Assembly (NCBI GenBank): GCA_964016885.1 | Contig: OZ024749.1 | Span: forward strand, 17,236,001 to 17,300,000 | Source of the DNA: Eledone cirrhosa | Taxonomy: Eukaryota | DNA length: 64,000 nucleotides | Direction: 5' to 3' | Shown here: piece after piece, positions 15,001-25,725 of the stretch | Position numbering within the stretch: the stretch's first letter is position 1 | Layout: each line of letters starts with the position of its first letter | Program-made: the position numbers and the translations under genes | Notes under the pieces: model-generated | The model's database searches: none | What the model was told of the DNA's origin: nothing | Seen by the model: the letters and a program-made list of their open reading frames with translations, nothing else

Positions 15001-16067
15001 CTCATGTGCTTTTTCATAAATACACATGAAGGCGAACTAGCCAGTTTTAGAATTCCCTTTTTCGGATTATACTACTGTGAGAGCCCTGGTTTCTGTTGAG
15101 CTCTGCTGATGAATGAAATCCAACCGTGACCATCTCCACTGAAAGTTTTCATGAAATAGTCTTTTAAGACTATACAGAGCATTTGATGTTATTCCAAATT
15201 GAAGGATAAGTGTTTCAAACTGTATTTTATCATGAGTTAAAGGTCTATAGATTTTTCCCTGGATTTTACTAAATTCTGTGGATGAATTTATATCCTGATT
15301 CTCTTTTGAGATGAGTTTGAGTTATTTTTCCTAAATCTTTCGTTAACTACTTTTCCCATCTTGACGTTATAGTCGCATATATGTTATAGAATGCCGTTAG
15401 CTTCTTGCTAAAACAATCTCTATACCTTTCATTTATATTTATACTCGGATTCTTTTCCTAGAGTGCTTAAACTATCTGTGACTAATCCCGGTTTTTTTCA
15501 TAAAAACTGTGATAATTATTGCTATTTTGCTGAACTCCTTTGTAGAGTTTTTTTCAGAATGTATTTGACTGCTATTTCTTGTAAATAAACATTCACTTCC
15601 ATCCTGACGTCACTAGCCCCGTTTTTTCCTCATGTGCTTTTTCATAAATACACATGAAGGCGAACTAGCCAGTTTTAGAATTCCCTTTTTCGGATTATAC
15701 TACTGTGAGAGCCCTGGTTTCTGTTGAGCTCTGCTGATGAATGAAATCCAACCGTGACCATCTCCACTGAAAGTTTTCATGAAATAGTCTTTTAAGACTA
15801 TACAGAGCATTTGATGTTATTCCAAATTGAAGGATAAGTGTTTCAAACTGTATTTTTATCATGAGTTAAAGGTCTATAGATTTTTCCCTGGATTTTACTA
15901 AATTCTGTGGATGAATTTATATCCTGATTCTCTTTTGAGATGAGTTTGAGTTATTTTTCCTAAATCTTTCGTTAACTACTTTTCCCATCTTGACGTTATA
16001 GTCGCATATATGTTATAGAATGCCGTTAGCTTCTTGCTAAAACAATCTCTATACCTTTCATTTATAT
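1..16067 (+). repeat. Tandem array of a 628-bp unit (25 full copies plus a ~364-bp partial copy; continues beyond the left edge), one hammerhead ribozyme per unit
   Basis: TGTGAGAGCCCTGG starts at 1, 630, 1258, 1886, 2515, 3143, 3771 ... 15076, 15704 (period 628; 629 in units 1, 4 and 9 because of an extra C in GAATTCCC). Other differences seen: T>C at 6556, A>G at 11878, an extra T near 15855. The track shows no ORF inside the unit. The array ends at CTTTCATTTATAT and fuses into (TA)n. Confidence 0.98.
25..105 (+). ncRNA. Type I hammerhead ribozyme of the 628-bp unit (repeated 26 times; last copy 15728-15808)
   Basis: Stem I GCTCTG(25-30)/CAGAGC(100-105); core CTGATGA(31-37); stem II ATGAAA(38-43)/TTTCAT(72-77) with a 28-nt loop; GAAA(78-81); stem III ATAGTCT(81-87)/AGACTAT(92-98); cleavage triplet AUA(97-99), predicted cut after nt 99. 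All conserved core nucleotides and all three helices are present. Confidence 0.92.
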
Positions 16068-16092
16068 ATATATATATGTATATATATGTATG

Positions 16093-16193
<101 letters not shown>

Positions 16194-16203
16194 ATACATA
16201 TGC

Positions 16204-16234
<31 letters not shown>

Positions 16235-16304
16235 CGTGTATGTGTATATATGTTTATTTAGTTATGTATCTTTGTGTGTATATATATGTATGTATATATA
16301 TATA

Positions 16305-17090
16305 ACCATGTGGAGGTATGAGTACATATTCGTGTGTGTACGTATGTGTATATGTGTTTTTATATGTGTCTTTATATGTTTTTATGTATGTATGTGGATG
16401 TATATGTACATGGGTGTGTGATTGATGGTGTGTGCCTATATATTCCTACATATGCCCGTGTGTGTATGTACGTATATACGCACATATGTGTGTGTTGAAC
16501 AAAGGACTAATTTGGGGATGGACGTAGAAAAATTCTTCAGAAAAAAAAAAATTGTTTACTAGCTTGGCAGGTGCGGTTTGCCTATAACCATTCTCAACAC
16601 AAAGGAATACTAAAAGCTTTTTCCCCTGAATAAAGGAATTTTTCGATAATGACCGGGGCAGCCCGCACTTGCTACATTTCTCCCTACCCAACCCTACTCA
16701 CTGTCTCAACTCATTACTGCTATTAACATTTTTTCAACACACCTACACCCCAACATTTATTAAAGGGGGAGAAGAAAAAAAAAAGAAAAAAAAACCCACC
16801 ACACCACAGACATGTTAAATCCCTATATATAGAACAACACACCACATACACATCAGTTTGACAAGCGCACCTCAGCGTGAAAGATCTTTCTAAAAACGAA
16901 ACAATACCTCCTACGTTAACCAAGAACTCCCAAGACCTAACCAACAACCAACAACTTAATTTAAAAATAAATTTTTTAAGAAAAAATTTTTTCTAATCCG
17001 GAAAAAAAAGAAAATTCTTTTTGGATTTTGTGAAGAAAATAAATTTGTTGAAAGCACAAGTGAAGCCATTTTTTTCTTCCCCCCGTCTTA

Positions 17091-17097
<7 letters not shown>
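16305..17097. repeat. Unclassified repeat A, copy 1 (inverted copy ~56883-57620, direct copy ~58915-59681)
   Basis: CCATGTGGAGGTATGAGTACATATTCG...GTCTTAATATAC recurs directly at ~58915-59681 and as the reverse complement at ~56883-57620. No credible coding capacity. Confidence 0.85.
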
Positions 17098-17133
<36 letters not shown>

Positions 17134-17174
17134 CATATATATACATATATATATATATATAAACATATATATAC

Positions 17175-17315
<141 letters not shown>

Positions 17316-17370
17316 GTGAGGTTTTTTTTACAAAATGAAAAATAACCGAGGTGTCCTACACGAGTGGAAG

Positions 17371-17668
17371 TATAAAGAAAAAGGGATGAAATCGAAAATG
17401 CAACTGAAGTCTTATTTTTTAAAAAAATATATATATTTATTTGGTTCCTTTACCGGTTTCGCAGTTATTCTGCTTTTCAAAAGGTGAGTTGAGATGGAGG
17501 GTCTGTGGTTTTTCTCACATCTGTGAGAAAAACCACAGACCCTCCATCTCAACTCACCTTTTGAAAAGCAGAAGAACTGCGAAACCGGTAAAGGAACCAA
17601 ATAAATATATATATTTTTAAAAAAAATAAGACTTCAGTTGCATTTTCGATTTCATCCCTTTTTCTTTA

Positions 17669-17670
<2 letters not shown>
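17371..17670. repeat. Near-perfect 300-bp palindrome (arms ~149 bp, 2-nt spacer at 17520-17521) with a hammerhead motif on each strand
   Basis: TATAAAGAAAAAGGGATG...TTTCTCACA-TC-TGTGAGAAA...CATCCCTTTTTCTTTATA, with only isolated mismatches between arms. Confidence 0.95.
17557..17594 (+). ncRNA. Minimal type I hammerhead, U3-A8 core variant (mirror copy on minus strand 17447-17484)
   Basis: CCTT-TTGAAAA-GCAG aagaa CTGC-GAAA-CCGG-TA-AAGG: 4-bp stem I, 4-bp stem II, palindromic ACCGGT stem III, GUA triplet. Confidence 0.8.
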
Positions 17671-17721
<51 letters not shown>

Positions 17722-17725
<4 letters not shown>

Positions 17726-18315
17726 GGTGGCTGCCAACTCGTTTTCGAGTACGGCCACTACTTTACATCCATGTAGGATAACCCCTACCGAAGCGCTGAA
17801 CGAGTGTGACTTTTTAGTCCAGCCAGCGACTTGAAACCTCTGGTACAAACACTACACCTGTGACAATTATTGACACATAGTGCTAGGCCCATGGTAGGAC
17901 AATCATTGACACATAGTGCTGGGCCCATGTGAGGACAAGTGCAGAGAGATCTCCAGATATAAAGCAATGCCTGTGCCGTGAAGCTTTTATAGTGAGCAAA
18001 GGCACTGCACAAAGCCAGTCCCACTCTCTTAACCAAGATGCTATTTACCAAAAAGAAGAACAAGTCAACATCATTGGATACCATCAGGGTTGCAGGTGTT
18101 ATATCAGAGTTTTCCTTCTCCTAGAATTCTGCCTTGACTAAGGCTAAAGGGGTCATCTCTCCCGGTGATTTTGGATGGCCATTGACTCTTAAGAGCTCCT
18201 TTGCCCTTTGACAGGTTTTGTTTTTAGTCCTGCAGGATGTCCAAAGTCACCCTCCTCACCAAGAAACCTTGGTGGGGTTGCCAGTTTAGTCGCCAACGAC
18301 CCGACCATGAGACAG
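17722..18315 (-). mobile_element. Short non-autonomous LINE-derived (probably RTE-type) element; second copy on + strand ~56099-56631
   Basis: There are two copies in the window, both flanked by (TA)n. The 3' part encodes a lone [21 protein letters not shown](H) C2H2-like motif of the kind found at the C-terminus of some RTE-group LINE ORFs. No RT domain. Confidence 0.5.
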
Positions 18316-18328
18316 GTTATATACATAC

Positions 18329-18414
<86 letters not shown>

Positions 18415-18420
18415 GCACAC

Positions 18421-18529
<109 letters not shown>

Positions 18530-18542
18530 TATATATACATAT

Positions 18543-18640
<98 letters not shown>

Positions 18641-18641
<1 letters not shown>

Positions 18642-20419
18642 AAGAATGAATAATAACAGGTAGACATCATAAAAAGGTAATTTATTCCGTGTGCTTACAA
18701 ATGTTTCCACGGTGGTACTACAGCCTAGTTATGCTATGTGCAAATTTACAAGTATTTGCAGAACTCAAATATCCAATGCTGTGACCACTGTATCCTCAGA
18801 GCAGAAGGGTAAAATGTACAATGTAAATACCCTTAAGTGGGGTTGTTGGGGAAGATAGAGTAAAATAGGAAGAGAGAAAAGTAGGGGAGAGGGAGAGAGA
18901 GAGAAAGATATGCAGGGGTTGGAGAAGTAGGAGAGAGTGGTTTGTCGATATCTTAATCAAAATGTTATGGTAGGGGTTTTATTATACTGGTTACTTTTGG
19001 AGAGATGCGTTGATAGTTAAGGTCGGAATTATTTATTGCCCAAGAGGGCAGGTTCATAGATGTGGAGAGGAAGGTAGGCCAAAGGCGAGAGAGAGAGAGT
19101 GTAATGGATGTAGAGAGAGAGGGGACAGACGAAGTTTATGTGGTGAGTGAACTTTGGGTTTGTAGTAGTAATCTACGAATTGCACTGAGTTACCTTTTAT
19201 AGTGATAAGCAGTGTATTGTCTTGTAGTGTGGGGGAAGAGAAGGTGGTTAGCTAGAAAGCGATGTTATAGTTACGGGTTCGAATGTTAAGTTATTTTAGC
19301 TTTTAGTTTGTGGTTGCAGTATAATGATCGTTCAATTCTATCGTTAAGTAGTTTGTTTTGGGATTTTAATATGTAAAAGAGTTCAAGGTTACATAACCTG
19401 CAGTACTTCAATCCACTCCGATATGCACTTGCGCTGGAAAGTATATCCCATTTTAAGTTGCGTTCACGGAGTTGCCAGGTCTTGTTGGCGAGCGTGGTCA
19501 CAAAACGGTGATTAGGATGTTTGATTGAGAATCGATGACGGTACCAGCGAGATTTAAACGAGGTAGTGGTAGATCTGATATAATACCATTTCTGGTCGTT
19601 CGATTCAACCGTGCATTGATAAACAATGTTGGACTTTAGGCATTCATTCTTCAATGGACATCTTTCAGGTAGATAGCAGTTACATTCTTTGTTGTGGGTA
19701 GCGGGTATACCATGGATAGGTTGTGATAGCGGTACAGGTGGATTGTGTAATACCCGTCTCCCATTTCTGCCCATCTGTTACTAAAATGTTTTGTTTTGTA
19801 GAGTTGTTTAATTGCCTTAAGTTAAGTTTTTTTATGTATGCTTCAAGGTTTGGTGCCGTGGAGTATGATAGTCTAATAGTTTTAGAGTTCAGAATTTTGC
19901 TGTATTTATGGGAACTAGGGAAATGTTTGTTGATTAACTTAAAGAATGAAAGAGATAGTTTTGTACTAATCGAGGCATTAAAAATAGGATTGTACCAGAT
20001 ATACTTTCTACAACGTGATTTATTTGGTGGTGATTTTCTATTATTATTAGTATGTCTGGTAGTACTGTGTGTGTGCGCTTGTATTTTAGTCCCCCGGTTA
20101 CGTATTCCTTGATTTCGTGTAGAGCTGTGTGTGTTATGGAAATTCCTATCAATGTATTCTATTGTATCCCGGTGGTCGGCATTCCTTAATGCATTATTGT
20201 TCACTAAAAATATCAGGGTTAGACGATAGGCGAGAGATTCTAAGAGAAATACTCCGGGGAACTGATTTGATCATGGAGAGTGGGTGGTTTGAGTTAAAGT
20301 TAATATACGTAAGGTTCTCATTCATCTTGTGGAAGGGTCGTATCTGTCCGGTATTTAAATTAAGAGTTACCTCCAGAAAGTTTACTACTTTAAGATTGTA
20401 TTCGTGAACGCAACCAACA
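18641..20419 (-). mobile_element. 5'-truncated, frameshifted Penelope-like element (RT thumb, linker, GIY-YIG endonuclease, HHR-bearing 3' end)
   Basis: The minus strand reads VVNFLEVTLNLNTGQIRPFHK...SNHPLSMIKSVPRSISLRISRLSS, then IWYNPIFN...KILNSKTIRLSYS, then CNCYLPERCPLKNECLKSNIVYQC...YYIRSTTTSFKSRWYRH...CRLCNLE. The 3' end TTCATTCTTT fuses to (TA)n at ~18640. Confidence 0.9.
18692..18803 (-). ncRNA. Type I hammerhead ribozyme in PLE 3' end, long stem II
   Basis: Minus strand: TGCT-CTGAGGA-TACAGTGGT...ACCACCGTG-GAAA-CATTTG-TA-AGCA; GUA triplet, short stem III. Confidence 0.8.
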
Positions 20420-21108
20420 GTTATTGAGGCGGTTTGTATAATAATATATTTTTATTTTATCATTCTGTCTGCTTCTTGGTTAAATATTTCAAACAAATGT
20501 GGTTTTTCAACCCTTGTAATATTAGACACACGGTTTACTGTGTTTCTTACTGCATATATTAATCGGCTCAGTATTTTATACTTGGAGCTTAATAGTTACA
20601 GGGTTTCAATTGGAGTTTTAACTCTAATTTTCATTTATATTTCTGCTCCCTCACAAGTCGAGCTTATTAAGTTGTGTGTGTTGGACTGTTGTTTCTATTC
20701 AATACACGCTTACCACGTTTGACTAGCGGCGCACGAGGTGATAAATTTCATCTTTCTGTGTGAACGTTGGTACATAGTGTTTGTTGCATTTAATCAGATT
20801 CTCTCGCTGATGATGCCTAAGGATTATCTGTTACAAACACACTCAGGGCGAAACAGATTAGGGATAATCTGTCCGAGAGATAAAATGGTTATTGAGGCGG
20901 TTTGTATAATAATATATTTTTATTTTATCATTCTGTCTGCTTCTTGGTTAAATATTTCAAACAAATGTGGTTTTTCAACCCTTGTAATTTTAGACACACG
21001 GTTTACTGTGTTTCGTACTGCATATATATTATTAATCGGGTCAGTATTTTATACTTGGAGCTTAATAGTTACAGGGTTTCAATTGGAGTTTTAACTCTAA
21101 TTTTCATT

Positions 21109-21110
<2 letters not shown>
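20420..21110 (+). mobile_element. ~1.5 tandem copies of a 468-bp ORF-less hammerhead-bearing unit (PLE pseudo-LTR or retrozyme-like)
   Basis: GTTATTGAGGCGGTTTG starts at 20420 and at 20888. The ~220-bp direct repeats flank an HHR, and the second copy stops at TTTCATTTATAT and runs into (TA)n. Confidence 0.85.
20800..20880 (+). ncRNA. Type I hammerhead ribozyme, canonical GUC site
   Basis: TCTCTCG-CTGATGA-T-GCCT...GGGC-GAAA-CAGATTA ggga TAATCTG-TC-CGAGAGA: 7-bp stem I, long stem III, predicted cut after 20873. Confidence 0.93.
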
Positions 21111-21163
<53 letters not shown>

Positions 21164-21190
21164 ATACATACATATATATATATATAGAGA

Positions 21191-21243
21191 GAGATTCCTG
21201 ATGATTTCTAAAGAATGAAACAGTTCTAGTCCTGTAGAATCTC
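21191..21243 (+). ncRNA. Solitary compact type I hammerhead ribozyme embedded in microsatellites
   Basis: GAGATTC-CTGATGA-T-TTC taaa GAA-T-GAAA-CAG ttctagtc CTG-TA-GAATCTC; GUA triplet, predicted cut after 21236. Confidence 0.88.
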
Positions 21244-21244
21244 A

Positions 21245-21275
<31 letters not shown>

Positions 21276-21300
21276 GTATGTATATACACATACACACATA

Positions 21301-21331
<31 letters not shown>

Positions 21332-21338
21332 ACACACT

Positions 21339-21408
<70 letters not shown>

Positions 21409-21544
21409 TATAATTATATATATACACACACACATACATATATACATAACTATATATGTGTGTGTTTATCTATCTATGTATTTTATCAGCAGGCAGGAGG
21501 TGTGGCTGCGCCAGTGAGGTGGAAGAGAGGGAATTAGAGTAAGT

Positions 21545-21829
21545 TAGAGTTGTCGTGATTTTTGCCTCTGGTGATCGAATTATCGATTTTTCGAAAATTT
21601 AATGTAGCGCACGCTTATCCCCGGATCAAAATACACACTTGCGTCGAGTTTCATCGATTTTTGGCTTCTGGGGTCCCGATTATCGATTTTTCGAAATTTT
21701 CAAGTAGCCTATTCCACTCTACGCGTTGAGTTTTATATATGTGTGAGGTTTCATGAAAATTGGATCAACGGTGTAGCATGCAAGTTCGACACACTAAACA
21801 ATGCCCATCTTCACTTTATATTTAAGATA
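21545..21829 (-). mobile_element. Probable non-autonomous Helitron-like fragment (5' end)
   Basis: The minus strand starts A|TCTTAAATATAAAG (a TC 5' end in an AT target) and has internal repeated ATTATCGATTTTTCGAAA motifs. The class call rests on resemblance only. Confidence 0.35.
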
Positions 21830-21836
21830 TATATAC

Positions 21837-21927
<91 letters not shown>

Positions 21928-21952
21928 CATACATATACATACATATATATAC

Positions 21953-22030
<78 letters not shown>

Positions 22031-22060
22031 ACATATATATATATACATATATATATATAC

Positions 22061-22093
<33 letters not shown>

Positions 22094-22104
22094 CATATAT
22101 ATAC

Positions 22105-22207
<103 letters not shown>

Positions 22208-22962
22208 TAACAGATTAAAGTTTAAGCAAAGAATCGCTGCTTTCACCCTTAACGGGATCTGCTGAAACTAAAAAAAATCAATCTATGAACGCAGAAGTAA
22301 ATATTTCGAAAGACTTTGCAACCGAAGGAAGACGATACTTTGGTTCGTGAAGACGTTTCCTGGCAATGAACGGAAAAAAGCGAAGATAATACGTCGCTAT
22401 GTGGAGCGGTGATAACAATTACACGTAAAGACAAAACCACGTTTATGGTATAAATGGAGCCGTAGACTAATATATTATTTAGGAAATTGGATGATTCTCG
22501 GCTTCGGAGTTCAGAATAATGTAAATAAATTAGTTGAACAAAAATGACAGAGGTTATTATAATCATAAATGTAATAATAATTAAATATATACATACACAC
22601 ATTTATACACGTGCATATGCGAAAACACACGCCATGCATGCATATACATGCACGTACACATAAACACGCGCACACCGACGTAAACCGGCGCGACACATAT
22701 ACTCGCACATGTACGAACGTATACACCAAATACACATGTAAAAATATGTTAGTGTGTGTGTATATACATATAATTATAAATACATATATAAATATACACG
22801 CATAAATGCGTATAAAACGCACACTCACACATACCTACAGGTAAATACACTTATCTTCACCAAACGTACATATACCAAAACCTTATGTACACATATACAC
22901 ACCATACATACGTGTAAACACACATACACGCCCATATATACACATATACATACATACGTATG

Positions 22963-23046
<84 letters not shown>

Positions 23047-23113
23047 GAAACACACAGATACATGCGGACACACACATATACATGAATGCATCCACACCCA
23101 ACCTCTCTTCATA

Positions 23114-23174
<61 letters not shown>

Positions 23175-23196
23175 GTATAATAAACAATACAATATA

Positions 23197-23272
23197 ATTA
23201 CCTCATTGCCAGAGGTTTCCCGAATAAGACGAATACAAGAAACGTCTGCATTCGTTCGTCAGACAAGGCAAT
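23197..23272 (-). ncRNA. Degenerate type I hammerhead (same family as 37736-37813; U16.1>C)
   Basis: Minus strand: ATTGCCTTGT-CTGACGA-ACGAATG...TATTCGG-GAAA-CC tct GG-CA-ATGAGGTAAT. The triplet is GCA instead of GUA. The end runs into (TA)n at ~23171. Confidence 0.7.
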
Positions 23273-23786
23273 TTAAAACAGTGAAATATTTGAAAAATCT
23301 CCTCAAGAAAGGCAAAAGTTTAACGGGAAAAGAAAATATATATAAATAAAAATGATATATAAAAATAAAATAAAGAAATATAGTAAGCGGATGTGTATAA
23401 ATGTGTGTATATGGACCTACAAATGCACATATGTGTGTATGTACAAATGCATGTGTATAGTGAAAAAATGTGTGCGTAAGTACATACATGAGAGCAAGCA
23501 TATCAGTGTATGTGTGACCACAAATACGTATATAATATATGTTGGAAAAAGAAATTGTAAGATAATATAGTTAGTATACATACTGACTCAGGGACTAAGA
23601 AATGAAATATATACACATACAAGGACGAAAGGACGCACGCGTATAAACATACACACACGCACAACCATATACACGTATGTGATATATATAGGGAAGGGAG
23701 TATATCAGTCAAAGCAGTGTCAGACTAAAAGTCGATGCAGGTATTAAAATTTTAAATTATATATATATATATATATCCACACACAT

Positions 23787-23852
<66 letters not shown>

Positions 23853-23861
23853 TCCATATAT

Positions 23862-24431
23862 ATATATTTATTCCATTTCAGAAACTAATTAGTTGGGAGT
23901 GAAATTTTAGTAAGTAAGTTAATTTTATAATTTTCTTATTTTACGTCTCTCATATTATTGTTCTGCAACCCCATGCATTGAACCACAAAGTTATTAAGAC
24001 AAAACCTATATATTTGCTAGCATTGATATGCATCTATATATATATATGTTACTAGATATATTAATTCTTTATAATTATCTCCAAATTATTTGTCGAGCAA
24101 TATTGGCCAAGACTGCTGCTATGGTAGCAGGCAGGCCGCTGTCTTCTTAACAAACCACTTTCCACTGATTGACCTCGATGTCACGTGATTGATTCTTTTT
24201 GAATTTGCCACCGACGCAGTAGGCAGTGATTTTCTCAATGGCAATAAATTCAGTCCACGCTTTGCTATTTTCTATCCACTGAATTATTTTTGTATAAGTT
24301 TACAGAGTCCACGCTTTGCCTGGAAACTTAGCTGAGAATAGACTTCCCTGACGACGAAATGATTCTTTATATTTTCTTCGGAAAGTATATTTATTCCATT
24401 TCAGAAACTAATTAGTTGGGAGTATTTTACG

Positions 24432-24440
<9 letters not shown>
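23862..24440 (+). mobile_element. Terminally redundant ~523-bp ORF-less unit with a hammerhead, inserted in (TA)n
   Basis: TTATTCCATTTCAGAAACTAATTAGTTGGGAGT occurs at 23868 and 24391. ATTTTACGTCTCTCATAT follows both, and the second copy fuses into (TA)n. Confidence 0.8.
24342..24423 (+). ncRNA. Type I hammerhead with palindromic stem III
   Basis: ACTTCC-CTGACGA-C-GAAATG...CATTTC-A-GAAA-CTAATTAG-TT-GGGAGT; ACTAATTAGT palindrome; GUU triplet; C.A mismatch at the base of stem II. Confidence 0.78.
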
Positions 24441-24508
<68 letters not shown>

Positions 24509-24967
24509 AAATTGAGGTTGGTAATGGCACATGGAATATACAAGAGACAGAATACTTTTTTGTGAAAAAGCATATAATTTTATAAGGTAAGGAAATAATA
24601 AAGGGTATAAAAAATGACCGGTTTCGATGGGTCTGCAAAAGCCATATTTTCAAATGTTGATTAATATTAAGAAAAATTAATAATACGAAGAGTTAAAATT
24701 TGAGATTTGAAAATTCAAGTATAAAATTAATTGTGGGATTTCATAGTAGTTTTCATCTAGGTAGCAACAAGTTGACTGCTGTGTGCCTTTCTGGTAGTGA
24801 ATGAGAAGTTATTTGGGGTGTGGGTTATTTTATAAAGGTCAGATTTAGCAATGGCCAGCTGGCCAGCTGCTGGTCAGTGAGGGGGTGGAAGCAATATACA
24901 TACATATATCTTCCTGTGGTCGGTAGGAGAATACATACATATACATATACATACACACATACATATA

Positions 24968-25002
<35 letters not shown>

Positions 25003-25138
25003 ATATACACACATACATACACACACACATACATATACATACACACATACACACACACACACATATATACACATACACACACATATATATATATACACAT
25101 ACACACATATATATACATACACATACATCCAGATACAC

Positions 25139-25189
<51 letters not shown>

Positions 25190-25246
25190 CATACACACAT
25201 ACAAACATACACACACACACATATATATACACATACACACATATAT

Positions 25247-25277
<31 letters not shown>

Positions 25278-25725
25278 CACACACATACGCATACATCCAG
25301 ATACACACATACACACACACGCGCACATACAATACATACATCCACATGCACAGACATACACACACACACACATATACACATACATACACCCACACACAGA
25401 GAAATGGCCTCCAAATATATATATATACATACATACACATATTTTTTCCATAATATAAGAAGTTAGGACAATGAAATTAAAATACAAGTCATTCTGATCA
25501 CATTGAGCTCTTCATGTAGATTGGGCCCCGCAACCGACAGTGGTGAATTCTGTGTGCGCATATATATATAGATATATGTGTGTGCACGTGCAGGGTTTAA
25601 CATGGATGTGTTGGTCACACAAAGGCATGGTCTGTCAACAAATAAACCTGATTCTACGAATAAACCTGATTCAACGAATAAACCTGATTCAACGAATAAA
25701 CCTGATTCAACGAATAAACCTGATT

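Noticed and set aside
1-16067. Array as CRISPR, rDNA/5S, snRNA or histone repeat
   Set aside because: There are no unique spacers, no recognisable rRNA, snRNA or tRNA sequence and no ORF, and the context is eukaryotic.
25540-25725. N-terminus of the 333-aa ORF as a real protein start
   Set aside because: It derives from the inverted arm and the 18-bp stutter, with a non-ATG start; the fusion is fortuitous.
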